Positions 23,814 to 36,440 of a stretch of 42,148 bases of DNA are shown in pieces (position 1 is the first letter of the stretch; each line of letters opens with the position of its first letter). A program made the position numbers and the translations under genes. Source of the stretch: Dimargaris cristalligena (taxonomy: Eukaryota). The notes below the pieces were generated by a model. It had not been told where the DNA came from, did not search any database, and saw only the letters and a program-made list of their open reading frames with translations. The DNA lies in assembly GCA_003614675.1 (NCBI GenBank), contig ML002320.1, forward strand, positions 1 to 42,148. Direction: 5' to 3'.

Positions 23814-25692
23814 GCTGAGTGGGGGATTGGAGGGTTGGCGAATTCCAAAATGGGCCGTTAGTCGAAGATTGGTCAAGTGAGAAAGCGTGGCGAAAGTTAA
23901 AATTTTGAAGGGAAAAAAATAAATGGGTGAGTGCTTCCAAATGGCCTGTAAGGAATTTACATCCTAAGGTTCTACTTTTGTGAGTGAGATGGCCCTTATT
24001 GGTGGCTTAGCGGTTATGTGCTGCATTAGTAAAAGTGTGCGCTGCATTCCCACCAGACTACTCCAATCAATTCAATTTATTCAAAAAAGGGCTGGCTTGT
24101 CAAGTTCGTTGAAGTCTTGGCTGTATCGTGGCATCGTGTACCACGGAGTCAGCCGGGATTTGGCCCTTTTCAAGATAGTAGCCAATAGTATGTCCGAAAA
24201 TAGATATGGCATAATCGTGGGGGTACAGAGGGGGCGGTAGTGAGCACCATGTAAATCGTTTAGGCGGATAATGTCCAGTGAATATAAGCCTTCATGGCGT
24301 GAATATCAACATAATATTCAAATGGAATCGGATCTGCGAGTGGAAGTCAGCGATTTTAGGTGGGCTGGGCATTGGTGAGTTGTATGCGGGATAGCGATAA
24401 TAACCATTTCGCAGGGGCTAATCTATGTATAAACAATGGTGGATAGGCTCATGCGACTTCCAAGTGGTCAAAATGCTCCCCAGGGCCAACACCGCGGACC
24501 TGTTGCGGCACTCCCGTAACAGGTGGCGCGCTACAGTGGGTAAGATGTAAAGGTCCGCCTATCTCCACCATTAATATACATTTCGAAAGGGATAGCAAAT
24601 CACCCTTCCAAAGGCGTTCCTTCTTTATTTCTGGTGACCACCCTGGGGAGTCATTTGATCTACAAATAATTGAAGGTGGCTTTAAATATATTTATCCATT
24701 TCGGCGACCCTACGGATGCCAATGAACAGGACATACTATGAACCGTGCCCTCACTATATGAGTCTTATAGTTGATTGATGGGACCTACTTGAACACATAA
24801 TTCTGGCCATATCTATCTAATACATACATATTTAGAGACCGAATAGGTTTTACATCAATGTGTAGGGGGGGATTCATTTTGGGAAGGTTGTCCCCGGTGC
24901 GCGTCGGCATGATGTGTGTGAACGAGAAATTAATTTATAATACAAACATGGTGGACAAATCCGTCAGTCTGTGACAAGGTATCGGTTCAGCTAGCCGTCT
25001 GACCGGCAGTTTCAAACTTCGGCACCATCTGCCAAATCGAGTCGCTTCCCATGATTTTCCACAGGGGGAGTGTTCGGGGTAAACTGGCTTTAGTGTAGCT
25101 CCGTGTAAATCCTCTAGGGATTAGACATACTATACACTAACAGCCGAATGTGGATGGGCGATTGGCCACTACATCAATAGTGTTGGGGTGATGTTAGACC
25201 TACAGCATAGTCATTCGCCTAAACTGGAGATAATATTTGGGATAAAGCCCCCAGATGGATTCATCTACAAGTTCATGATTTTCACATATTCATGTCGACT
25301 TGGGCTGCTCGAGAATGACAGCCCTTCTATGTTGGATTCTTTGGAAGTCGGCGGGATAGGGGTTGCGATCAGCAGGATCATGGCTATTCATTAATGTCAA
25401 CACTGGGCGTATGGCAGAATTCTATTGTCAGCCCATACCTCTGTTGATGCATGTCCTTACTATATAAACCCCGCCCACCCACCCTAGCGGCAAATTGTCT
25501 TGATAAAACCCTCCCTCATAGGCTCATTGTTACACATATTCATAATTTTTCAACCACGACGTACCGTTTTCGTAATAATAGGATATTGCGTTACTAAGAA
25601 CGCCGATATCCTCCGCCCTATTCTGATCATACGGCAGCTTTTCTTTCTAAGTTTAGTAATAGTCCTTAAGTGAGAAGGATTCGATTGCCGTG

Positions 25693-26040
25693 ATGCGACA
25701 GGAAGGTCACCGTATTAACCAGTGGGGGAGCCATCCTGACCAAGATAATGGCTCGCCGGGCTGCCCGGGCGTACAAGAAAATACCAGCTACCATCAAAGC
25801 CAGCCCCTTAAAAATTTCACGCAAGAATTTACTTGTAGCCAGTGTGCCCTGTCTTTTACGACCCCCGTGGAATATATGACCCATATCAATGAAAACCATA
25901 TGTATATTTGCCGGTACTGTCCATCATGGTTCGTTACCCCCGAGTTGCTCACTCAACACTACACCCAGTGCCTAAGCCGCCCTCCCGATGGTGTCGCCGT
26001 AGTGCCACCGCCCCCTCCCCAACCACCCACGGAGGACTAA
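25693..26040 (+). CDS. Small two-finger C2H2/C2HC zinc-finger protein (115 aa)
   Basis: FTCSQCALSFTTPVEYMTHINENH and YICRYCPSWFVTPELLTQHYTQC, with a Pro-rich tail. TATATAAA at about 25461. Confidence 0.65.
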   Translation: MRQEGHRINQWGSHPDQDNGSPGCPGVQENTSYHQSQPLKNFTQEFTCSQCALSFTTPVEYMTHINENHMYICRYCPSWFVTPELLTQHYTQCLSRPPDGVAVVPPPPPQPPTED

Positions 26041-26613
26041 GGAAGCAAGCCCGGTTAACCTGCGGGTTATTGATTTTCTTCATATCGGTGGGCAAATCTC
26101 TATGCATCGATAGATGTCGTTCTTCCCTAATAAAACCCTGCGATATACTAATAGTTCTAACGTTAGGAGTGGTTCGTGTAAGCCAAGCTAGGAATAGTGG
26201 TATGGCTTTGCTTGATAAGGTACACTGAGTATCGTAAATTTCGCCCTGTAATGTATAAAAACCAATGGATAAATCTCAATGGTATAGGCCTTCGCGACGG
26301 TGGGCCAATTCCTAGTGCTATGGACAAAGGGAGGACTGACCAAGGCTGCGGCATGTCGACCTACTTTGTGAATGCCAGGCCATACCTTTCACTGTGGGAA
26401 AGGAGGGGAGAACATGAGCGTGCTGAAATTGGAAGGGTGGGCGCTCTCTGACTAGAATGCGTCAAATTAACATCACCGCCAGCGTTTAGACTTACCCCAG
26501 TAGGTTCTGGGTTCAACATACACACACGTTTTTTCTTCTCAACCTCCCACTTCAGTTACTTTTACCCACATCCCCCAGTTTGCCCAATCATTCTACCCTC
26601 CTCCGTCAGCCGC

Positions 26614-28527
26614 ATGGACAATCGGGAGCCCAGCTATGCCGCCCCTTTCGGTAACGACCGAGACCAGGTCAATCGGTTACTGAAGGAAGTTAAAGCCCTG
26701 AAGCAGAAAGTCGAATCCCTCGAGGAGGAGAACCGCGTTCTCAAAAAGTCCATTTACGAACTCAGTGTTAGCTATTCGAAATCCGTATGGTATGGCAGTC
26801 CAGCTGCTCCATCGGACCATTCCCCGCCCCATCAACCACCCCCCTACGAGCTCCATTTCGATACGTCGGCCTCTAACTCACACCTGTCCCTTGCGGACGG
26901 GCCGGTCCGTCAGCCTGAATCCTTTGGAGTGGGTCAATCCTCCACCGGAGAAACGACAGCCCCCTCTCTTCTCAGCCACAAACCCACATCGAGTACGACG
27001 AACCAGCGGGCCCCTGGGTCATCTCCCCCGACCCTCGTTGTCGCCGGGGGGAACCCAGACTCCACGGATAATTATGTGCCCGGCAAGCGCCCGAGTGTAA
27101 CAGATGGGCTCGGCGACGGTCAACGACGAAACAATAATAATATCGGCTCCCGAGTGGGCTGGACTACAGGATCCTCCACCAAGTGGAATAGTTGTACATA
27201 CACTAGCAAGATTGAACTCAAGGTAAATTGGATGTTCGGCGTTCAAGCATACCCATCATCACTTCTTTCCAATGCACTGTCACTTTTCCGGGCCAGACTA
27301 GTACTATAGTCTGTGATACGCCACGTCATCTCATTTTAGCGAAATGCCTAGAGTTGGCTAATCTGACTTCACCATCGTTTCCTCGATTTTAATTATGCAT
27401 TGTCATCATGACAGGGCCATACGGGTGCAGTTTATACGGCCAAGTTTTCCAATGACGGCCTTTGGCTTGCTTCCGGGTCATTTGATAATTCGGTTCGGCT
27501 ATGGGATTTCCGGACCCACCAAGAACAGTCGGTTCTACTGCACCACATCCTGAACGTTTCCAGCCTAGCCTGGTCAGCCGATAGCCAATCCCTACTTTCC
27601 GGTTCCTACGACAAAACCTGCCACATTAGTTCGATTAGCCGCGAACAGAGTGTCTATTCGATGCCTTGTGGAGGTTTTGTATTGGATGTCGGCTTTCACC
27701 CCACGGACCCATCCCTTTTCTTTGTGGGTACTTCCCGCAACTGTTTACTCATGGGAGACACCCGGGCAAAGGATCCGGTTCTCAGCGTAAAACACCCTGG
27801 CATGGTCAACTGCCTTCACGTCGACGGAAGCAGCGGGGGTTCGGCGCCTGGGACTCAGGTGTGGACCGGTGATTCTACAGGGGTGCTTCAACTGTGGGAC
27901 CTTCGGCAAACCAAATCCCAGCGCGTGTGTGAAACCACTTTGGGGCCCTCGGCCGCCCTTTCGTCCATTTGCCGGCCCCGCCGTTCCCATGCCGCAGTGG
28001 ATGCGGACTACTTAATCACCAACGCCTACGATGATACTCTCCGGGTTTACCGCACAGCCCGACCCCCTGCCTCAAGTACCAACTCCTCGTCAAATGGCCC
28101 AACTCTCTTACAGCAGGCCAAGGGGTTCCGGAATCGCAACTGGCCCATTGGTAATGCCGCCATCGTACAGAACCGCCCGCAAATGGCAGGCGGTTTGTTC
28201 ATTGATATGGACATGTCTTACGATCATGACTCTGAACGAGTTGGTTCAACGGGTCACGCCAGTGGTGGAATTGGTGGGGCCCCGAATGGTGGCAGTGGGG
28301 TGGGTGGGGGTAGTGGTTCGGCCGACTCCCGTCTATTATTGGCCACGGGAAGCGCCGAGCCCTTCGCCTATATTTATACCCTAGACCCCGAAAGCCTTGC
28401 GCTAACCGCCCAGCGCCTCGAAGGACATACCGAACGGGTGTACGACGTAGACTTCCATCCCTGGGAGCCTTTTATGTGTACTAGCTCGTCTGATTTTACC
28501 ATTCGACTGTGGTCGACCAGGGAATAA
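26614..28527 (+). CDS. N-terminal coiled-coil + WD40-repeat protein; exons 26614-27222 and 27415-28527
   Basis: Coil 'VNRLLKEVKALKQKVESLEEENRVLKKSIYEL'. Intron GTAAAT...GCTAAT...ACAG joins IELK|GHTGAVYTAKFSNDGLWLASGSFDNSVRLWD. The last repeat is GHTERVYDVDFHP...SSDFTIRLW. Confidence 0.85.
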
Positions 28528-30103
28528 CTCAATGTCTACAATCGGAGCATTTGTTTATCCGTCTACTAATATGGCCTTGGATTTGATGCTCTTGAGTTGG
28601 GCATAATGGTGTATTTACTGCTGATGTTTACATCCCCATATACCCTGGCATGTAATTTTTCATTTTCTGGCCCCTCATGTTTCCACAATATGCCCTGGGC
28701 TTTAGGGCGATTCCTAAAAAATCATCCCCAAATTTGTAAGAAATATGCGAATCAGCCTCTATAAATTGAAAGAATTTATTTTGTTGAGAATCCTTAACAG
28801 GCTATTTGTTTTTGACCCCATTTGATGGTAACCATCATTTCTGAATTAACAACCAAGGTGCCTGTTTACTGGTAATTGATGAGTTGAATAATACCTATAA
28901 GCGGGGTTGGTAAGTGTATTGATGTTTTGGGGGTTTTCAGCCCCCCTTAGCCTTGGCCATTCCGTACTTTACAATGCAGGCTATCGAATGCCCAATACCG
29001 GATTCAAATACACATCTGGTCAAATAATTTGTCGTTGACATGCAATTAAAAGCGCCGGGTTGCCAGTACTATACGAGTTTCGGGTAGGAAGTAGTCAGGT
29101 CTTGCGCGATTTCCAGCCCACTAATTTGTTGATAGGTAACCACTGTATGAGCAACAAAGATGCTATAAAGCGGTGAATATTTATGTAGATGCAGACATTT
29201 CTACAACGACAGTCCAGAGGTGTTTGTGCTGACCAAATTTCATCCATATAGGCCCTATTTTACCATCTGGGCTGATTGAAACCCCACAATCCACAGGAAA
29301 AATACATTCTTATTAACACATCTACATAATTGGTCCGATTGTATCGTATGGGGCAGTGGTACCACTTCATTATGGCGCTGTTTGCCCCCATTCTTATTGC
29401 CCTCTTCTGTTTCTGGAGCTTCCTTAGGTGGGGCTATAATTAGGCACTTTAATTTCCATTCAAGACAATCAATCACCAGATTACTAGGCCTCCGGAACTA
29501 CCCGTCTTAAAGGCAACTGCATCAAGAGAAAAGTTGGTTTTCATCATTATTTTTATTTTTATATGGAGGGGGGGGGGGCTTCCAGGAACCTGGCCTTTGT
29601 TCCATCAGCCCTTAAGTTCCTCCATTTGTATACTATATCATGCGGGCTTACTTCAATACTGTATTCCAATTGGAACTAATCCGTATATTGGCTGAATCGG
29701 GGCGCGGATATAGCTCATTGAAAAGCCGGCTTGCATCTACCACCAGATAATCAGCCACATTGCCAACATACCTTGCAATATAAAATGCCTCCCAGATTGT
29801 TGAATCAACCGACAATACCCATGGCGGAATTCTCTTCGGTTACAATGCTCACAGCTCATTATAGTTAGGCGGTAGTACCCATATATTTAGAAACCCCTAT
29901 TGACGATGACCGATATATAAATGAGCTGCGCCCTTTTGCATATCCAAAACATTACGACATATCTCATTTTCTGCACTTGCCCGCTATTGACCCGTTTCGA
30001 CCAATTTGTTCATTGGCATACTTGCTTCGTTATTTGGCAAAGCATTGCTACCACCTCTTCAGCTTTCTTCAAATACATTTGACCGCCTTCATATTCTTCA
30101 ATC

Positions 30104-30730
30104 ATGCAATTTTTTGTAGTATTGTCCACCCTTTTCTGCCTGCTTGTAATCGGTTCAGTGGCCGGACTTCCCGTTGAAAACTCCTGGATAAATGACAGCA
30201 GCCCGGAAGGTGATTTGAAAAGCCAGTATTCGAATGCCCTGATCAATATATTGACAGGATTGCAAATATTCAACAATGCCCCTTCGAATGTCGGAGTAAT
30301 GAGCCCTGTCGATGAAGATGTGGGAAAGTCGGCGGATAGCTCGGTTACCGTCGCTGAAGCCCCCACTAGCCGGCGGTGGTTCTGGCAACCTACAATGACA
30401 TCCGGGTCTATACAACCAGCCGCCACCACTACCGCTGGCCAGGCTCCCGAAGGTTCCTGGAGCACCGTCCCCAAAGCGAACGCACCTAATTGGGGCGACT
30501 CTTATCCTCCTTCGACCCCTAGTTCCGTGAAATCGGGTACTGTCCCCACTTCCGCTGTTCCCGAGGGCAACCGGGGTATTGTCACCCCCGCAATTACCAA
30601 CGATTGTGGGGAGCTGTACCCCACAGTGGCAGCCGATTTAGTGCGTCCCATCAACATTCCCAACCCCCATTATACGATTGCCGATAGTAGCAACGCCGAC
30701 GCCAATTTGCCCTACTGTGACGAGGTCTAG
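30104..30730 (+). CDS. Orphan secreted Ser/Thr/Pro-rich protein (208 aa)
   Basis: Signal peptide MQFFVVLSTLFCLLVIGSVAG followed by LP. Two C-terminal Cys. TATATAAA at about 29914. Confidence 0.8.
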   Translation: MQFFVVLSTLFCLLVIGSVAGLPVENSWINDSSPEGDLKSQYSNALINILTGLQIFNNAPSNVGVMSPVDEDVGKSADSSVTVAEAPTSRRWFWQPTMTSGSIQPAATTTAGQAPEGSWSTVPKANAPNWGDSYPPSTPSSVKSGTVPTSAVPEGNRGIVTPAITNDCGELYPTVAADLVRPINIPNPHYTIADSSNADANLPYCDEV

Positions 30731-31557
30731 TCATAAGTCCAGTTTGTTTATGAGATTGGTGAATATCCTCGTACGTCTGGGTGCTTAAAGAACACATTTG
30801 TATAAATATGTTATGACTAAGTTCCTTTAGGATGCTGTTGCACCCTTGGTTGCTCCCTGGATGGACGATCAGGTACAATAAAACTCTTCAACCAATCCCC
30901 CGCCGGAATAGTACATGCGTTTCCATCCGATTCATAGAAAACTCCACCATAATGTAGCACATGGGGATTGTTGGTGAATAGAATAGTGTTTTGATTTTGT
31001 TGACCCTGATTGAAAGAAAAGGGTTATTCTAACCAAAGGCTTAGTAGGACGGGTGTATTGGATATGGAGAGTGGACCAATTTCAATCAACCCTGTGATGT
31101 CCCGCCTCTAAAATGCTGCAAATGGCCTGTCACATCGATTCTTTAAATAGAGCCAGATGTGACAAGGTAATAGGATATATAGCCACCTATTTCGTAAATA
31201 AAAGGGGTTTCCGGAGCTATCGGGGTTGGAAAACCCCAGAGCAACACTCGCTTTCCGCTCCCGAATCTGGTCAGCCACCGAGTCTGAGGTTGGCAGGTCC
31301 AGCCCATTAATTATAGATTCAGTGAACATCAGCTGCAGCTTGCCACACACTGCCAGCTGGCACTGATAAACAACCGCCTATCGTAGAAGAAGTTTTCGTG
31401 AATATTTTTCTTGGGCTTAGTTGATTTCGACTGTCTTCTCCTCCTCCTTCCTGACCCTAGTAAAGGCGGCGCATTCCCACATTCCGCTCTTGCACACATT
31501 AGTCCACTTTTGTTTATTTTCTTTTTACATTCCTTACTCTATTTCTATAGTCCCACC

Positions 31558-33426
31558 ATGGCCAAGCCTCTCTCCTCGTCCGCCGCGACCTATGCTACAA
31601 TCGACTATACCCAAATCTGTCGGACCCTGCTGGGCCGTCGGTGGTTGGATTCGGTCGGCATTCTCGCCGGTCTATCGGTGTGTTTGGGCCTCCTCTTCAG
31701 CTTCCAGCCCACCCGAGGTCTCTGGGGATCCCTCGCCCACCTCGTTCAATCCAGTCGCCTCTACTCCATGATTCACATTTTCATCGTTTTATTCGCCCTG
31801 AGCCTGCTGAGCAAAAAGCATTTCCAAGTGGACCGCACGGTTCATTCGAGCCGCATTGTCAAACTCCAGCTTCTGGCCCGACCTGAATCCTGGAAGATCG
31901 TGGCCAGCTATACGTTGGCCAGTTTCCTCCTGAGCGGAGTTTACCTGCGCCTGGTCTACCACGAGGCGGCCGTTCCAACTCCCCTCCTCCCCCGCGCCAA
32001 TCCCGCCAATCCCCTGTACATCAACACCAGTCGAGCCATGTGGAATTGCGCAGTGTCGCTGCTGGGCTTCGTCTACGGCTGGCACATTGTTTGGTCCGAA
32101 CGTTTGCATCTGAGGTTCACGCCCCTGCACCAGTCGCGTTTTTTCACTCTCAAGGGCCGCTTGCCAACCGTGTTCGCCAACTCTACGCGGTTCGCCTGGC
32201 GCTTCCTCTGTGCCTTTGTCCCCGTCTACTTCATAATCCATCCCACCATGACGGCCATCAACGCCTTTTTGGCTTCCCTGGATTTGTCCGGCACAACCGT
32301 TACACCGCCAGGCAACCCCATCTGGAGCCCCACTTGGTTGATTCATATCTACCTATCCGCCCTCTTCATGCTGATCAGCTGGGAGGCACAGTTGGCTATC
32401 TTCGAGGTGATATTTACTGAACCCATGGACGTGGCCCCCTTGAGCATGGATTCCAATGCCTGCTTGTGTGATGGTCTGACCCCCCTGCGCAGCAGTCTGC
32501 TGTCCGGCATGGCTGATACCCTATACGAATATTACAGCCCGAGTGACCGGCAACTGGTTCGCTACCATGCCTTTTACGAACTAGCCCGCCTCGCCCGTTT
32601 CAGCCCTAAGCAGCGGCACCAGCTGTTCCAGGACATTGATCGGTCCCAGACCATGTGGCAGGGGGTGGCCAGCCAGTGCTTCGGAGTACTCGACCAGGCG
32701 GTCAACACCCTCCAAGCCAAGTCGGCGCCAGAGAAAACGAATCCAGTCCTTCCGCCTACTGATTTGAGCATTACCCCCGTCGACCCTTTGGCCAATATCA
32801 CCATGCGCCGCAGGGGTGCGTACATCTCCGACCTATTAGACCCCGCCCTTAAACAAGGCAATGCTCCGACCTCAAGTTCCCCATCATTGGGTTCCACGCG
32901 AGCCCCGGCCGCGCCCAAGTCTATGGACGGCTATTTATTCAATCTGGCTGCGTCATTTTTGAAAAAGTCCAAAATCGGCAAGGAACTGCTTCTCCGCGTA
33001 TCCAATGATGCCAGTATCACCATATTCGCCGATTTTCAGTTACAGCTGTGGGCGATCCAAGCCATCGGTGATTTAACGTACCATTCACTCCGGGAGGATC
33101 CGTTTGGTAGCGTTCACCCGCAGATTGGTCGCATTCTGGAGCGGTTGGTGGAATACCTTATCCTTTTGGAGGACTTTAGCCGCACGCCGTATTACCGCAC
33201 CCTGTCGCTCACCAATGGTCAGGCTAATGCCACGGGTTCCTCCTCGTCGGCCCTGTTTCGCAACTCCCCGCACCAGCGCCTTCATCGCCAGGCCTACGCC
33301 CTCATCCAGGCGCTGCAGACCACTATCTATCTTATCATAACGACTTTCTACGAGCATTTAGCTCAGTACAAATTCACTCCTCGATGCGCCAAAAAACTGC
33401 AAAACTTTGTGCAGTTCCGCGAATAA
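31558..33426 (+). CDS. NDC1: Nucleoporin NDC1 (transmembrane pore membrane protein)
   Basis: accATG at 31558. About six N-terminal hydrophobic segments ending at 'VIFTEP', then 'AFYELARLA...RHQLF...W', 'LWAIQAIGDLTYHSLREDPFGSVH' and 'LQTTIYLIITTFYEHL', matching Ndc1 conserved blocks. Confidence 0.9.
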   Translation: MAKPLSSSAATYATIDYTQICRTLLGRRWLDSVGILAGLSVCLGLLFSFQPTRGLWGSLAHLVQSSRLYSMIHIFIVLFALSLLSKKHFQVDRTVHSSRIVKLQLLARPESWKIVASYTLASFLLSGVYLRLVYHEAAVPTPLLPRANPANPLYINTSRAMWNCAVSLLGFVYGWHIVWSERLHLRFTPLHQSRFFTLKGRLPTVFANSTRFAWRFLCAFVPVYFIIHPTMTAINAFLASLDLSGTTVTPPGNPIWSPTWLIHIYLSALFMLISWEAQLAIFEVIFTEPMDVAPLSMDSNACLCDGLTPLRSSLLSGMADTLYEYYSPSDRQLVRYHAFYELARLARFSPKQRHQLFQDIDRSQTMWQGVASQCFGVLDQAVNTLQAKSAPEKTNPVLPPTDLSITPVDPLANITMRRRGAYISDLLDPALKQGNAPTSSSPSLGSTRAPAAPKSMDGYLFNLAASFLKKSKIGKELLLRVSNDASITIFADFQLQLWAIQAIGDLTYHSLREDPFGSVHPQIGRILERLVEYLILLEDFSRTPYYRTLSLTNGQANATGSSSSALFRNSPHQRLHRQAYALIQALQTTIYLIITTFYEHLAQYKFTPRCAKKLQNFVQFRE

Positions 33427-35027
33427 TATTTACTATATGTCTGGTTGTCTAATGACCTTTCTTCGCATTACTTATCATTATATATTCATACTAAACCTTG
33501 ACTCATTCGTGAATGTAATTGGGTGGATTCCTACGGATTTATGCGGGATCCACTTGACTATGTCAATCAACTTTGAAGTGAATAGGGGGGTAGGTGTTTA
33601 GTGTTATTTAGGGGCTTGGTGGAAACGACCCTATACTTGGATAAACGGTGTATGGCCTTGGCTATTAGAATATGAATGGGGCCAAACGTTCGTTGTATCA
33701 CCTGTTCCCTTATCCAGTCTTTAATGGGCACGGCGGCAATCTTCTACGGCCCGATTACTCTAACCGTTCACTTAGCCAAGCGTAAGTTAGCAAGAGTAGC
33801 ATCTAACTGGATCAAAAATGTATCACATATACATATAATTTGCGAAAGCCAATCCACCATTCTCAACCCATACGCCTTCAAGTAATTACATGGCTTTAGC
33901 AGTGCGGCATGGTCACCAAATTTGGATGAATTAGGTTTACCGGTGCTTATCCTGACAAGCACACGTGTAATTATTAGGTCAACTGAAGTCTCGGGATTGA
34001 CCTATGGTGCAATGATTCCCCGGCCTTGTTAGCCCATGCCGAAATTTTATAATAGGTTCGGAATCTATTGATAGACTCGGTTTAGCTGCTATTTTAAAGT
34101 TGTCCACAATCGAGAGCTTTGAACTGGACTATGGACTGAGATTGATCGCCCTTTTCCCCGCCTGTTATGCAAAGTTGTAATCATACTAATTGAACCACGC
34201 CACGCTAAACCACCCCTGCCCACCCTACCACGCAAAACCAAGTCTACAGTACAGTATATCCTTCGAATTACTCAGCCAGTGCGCCTTGAAAAGGTGCTTT
34301 TTTTTTGGCGATTTTCAGGGTGTGTACGTTCACCCATCGCCGAGTCGGTTGATCACGATAACCCCAGAACTAGGCGGCGTACCTGCCTAACCCAGCCGCG
34401 GATTGCTCACTCGGGACACTTGCCTAACTCGTTGTTAACACCAAGTAGAATCCGGGCGATTGCCCTTGTACTATGTACGTCGCCCTTTGCAACGTGCCAA
34501 TCCATGGTCTAACCCCCTCATCATCCCTTTATTTCTTTCCCCAACATTGTAAACCGCGCGGGTCGAATGATCGGATGGACTCAGATACGTTTAGTTATGG
34601 TGTTGAGGTACCATCAGGGCAATTGGACTGTGGGTTAGTTGGTTGCCACGCTGTGCGAATAGATGTTGCGAAATAGTACACACCCACTCATTACATTTTA
34701 CATTAAATTCTAAGATCCATGGCAATCCTCCATGGCAAGGTAACATTGGTGTGATAATTATTTGGTTTCAAATCCCGGTAGGGCTACCGTTGACAGTAGC
34801 ATTCTCTCACTTGGAAAGTTCATTGTGGTTTGCCGGTATAAATATCACAGCCTTGGTCTAGTCATATAGTACCCGTGAAACGCTAAATGTAGGCTAATAT
34901 AAACATTTATTTCCTTTTTAAAAATACATGGATGAATAAAACTGAGTTAAGCTAAATAATACAGGTGTAAATACTGGAGTGAACCTTCGCTAACCAAGAT
35001 CACATTATCTAATCTAATCCCGCCGTT

Positions 35028-36440
35028 CTATTGTTCTTCGCCTTCAGTGCGGTATTTTTTCTTGTATGCGTTCTTGCTTAACGAATGTGGGCGGTTGGTG
35101 TAAATCTGCTCAATAGTCGTAAGTCCCATGAGGAGAGACCCCGACTCCGAATCCACGGGCCGACGTGTCCCGTTCAACTCATCAACGAACCGCAGATTCT
35201 TGTACAGGAGCATCCGGCCAATTCCGTCGAATCGGTACCCGAAGGTGGTTAAAAATATAACCGGACCAATGGAGTTCAGTTGCCCCTGGATATCAAAGTT
35301 GGGCTGCCGCGGGTCGTAAATGACACGTACTTTGATACCCGAAGTCAAATCGGTTTCGTAGAAGGCCACGATTTGTTCCCGGCCCTCTAGCCGGGGTACC
35401 ACAGCGCACGATCGAATGAATCCCTTGGAATTGCGCTGGATGGAGCGGTTGCGCAGCGCGTGGTATACGGAGAGGTTATTGGAAATTTTACTGAGTCCCC
35501 TGCCGTAGATGTTCATTTCGTAGCGAGCCTGGAGTTCAGTCAGCTCGGCCGGTGAAATGGTCAATTCCTGAACCCTGGCTTCGAACCTACGGGGGTTATA
35601 CCGGTCGTCGATGGAATAGTTGCGCAACTGGGGCATTGTGGATGGTGGCGAGGCGCTCTTGGCCCTGCGACTTAGAGTCGAGTTACCGTCGAAGATGACT
35701 GATCCATTTGGTACTACCGCACATGAATCTTTCAGTTGCTGTGAATGTGTACCATTACGGGGGATAGGGTCGGGTGAGTTAATTGGCTTACTAGTTGCGG
35801 AATATTTCGGACGGTAGCTTGGATTTAAAGCTGGTGTATACTGTAAAGGCGAGATGATTACCGCTGGGCCATCTGTAGTGAGGTATTGTAGTGGGGCTGG
35901 ACTAGAAAGTGCCAAAAATCTATCGCTCGATGATTGCGGTGGTGGCGCACCCCTACGGGTCTGATTGGTTTGGCTGGATTTGATTCTGGGTATCCCCGAA
36001 GAAGGTTGGGTCCGGCAGTAGGGCAGGTAAGAACTCCCCCGGTGCACTTGGGCTCGGGCCACTCCTGAGTAGTTAGGCATATCTAGCTGACCCATATACT
36101 GTCCGCGTGAGGGTGGCGATAAGGCGCTAGAGATGGAGGCTGAGCGAGTGTCGCCAAAATTGGAACGGGGGCTACTGGTACTGTTTGTGGCATTTGAACA
36201 GTTGGGTGAGATACCAGAGGCAATGGCCATTGATGCTGGGCTTTCGGAAACGGAACGTCGTATCAGGTGGTCAACATAAACGAAACGATCCCGCACGGGG
36301 TCGTAGTAGCTCATGAGAGAGTCGGGGGTCGGCGAACGTTCACTTGGAGAACGGGAATCCATTGATGGGGAGTGAACGTCCTCCTCCATAGTGAACAGGA
36401 ATGGTGATTTCAAAGCAGGCTGTTTAAATGACAGGCTCAT
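35028..36440 (-). CDS. Hypothetical protein (470 aa): Ser/Pro-rich disordered N-half, globular C-terminal domain, basic tail
   Basis: Long uninterrupted ORF with accATG context. No recognised domain. KKKYR near the C-terminus. Confidence 0.75.
   Translation of the reverse strand: MSLSFKQPALKSPFLFTMEEDVHSPSMDSRSPSERSPTPDSLMSYYDPVRDRFVYVDHLIRRSVSESPASMAIASGISPNCSNATNSTSSPRSNFGDTRSASISSALSPPSRGQYMGQLDMPNYSGVARAQVHRGSSYLPYCRTQPSSGIPRIKSSQTNQTRRGAPPPQSSSDRFLALSSPAPLQYLTTDGPAVIISPLQYTPALNPSYRPKYSATSKPINSPDPIPRNGTHSQQLKDSCAVVPNGSVIFDGNSTLSRRAKSASPPSTMPQLRNYSIDDRYNPRRFEARVQELTISPAELTELQARYEMNIYGRGLSKISNNLSVYHALRNRSIQRNSKGFIRSCAVVPRLEGREQIVAFYETDLTSGIKVRVIYDPRQPNFDIQGQLNSIGPVIFLTTFGYRFDGIGRMLLYKNLRFVDELNGTRRPVDSESGSLLMGLTTIEQIYTNRPHSLSKNAYKKKYRTEGEEQ

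Noticed and set aside
31411..31557. N-terminal extension of NDC1 from a TTG (similarly GST from 2412)
   Set aside because: Non-ATG starts in pyrimidine-rich 5' UTR sequence; good-context ATGs lie at 31558 and 2484.
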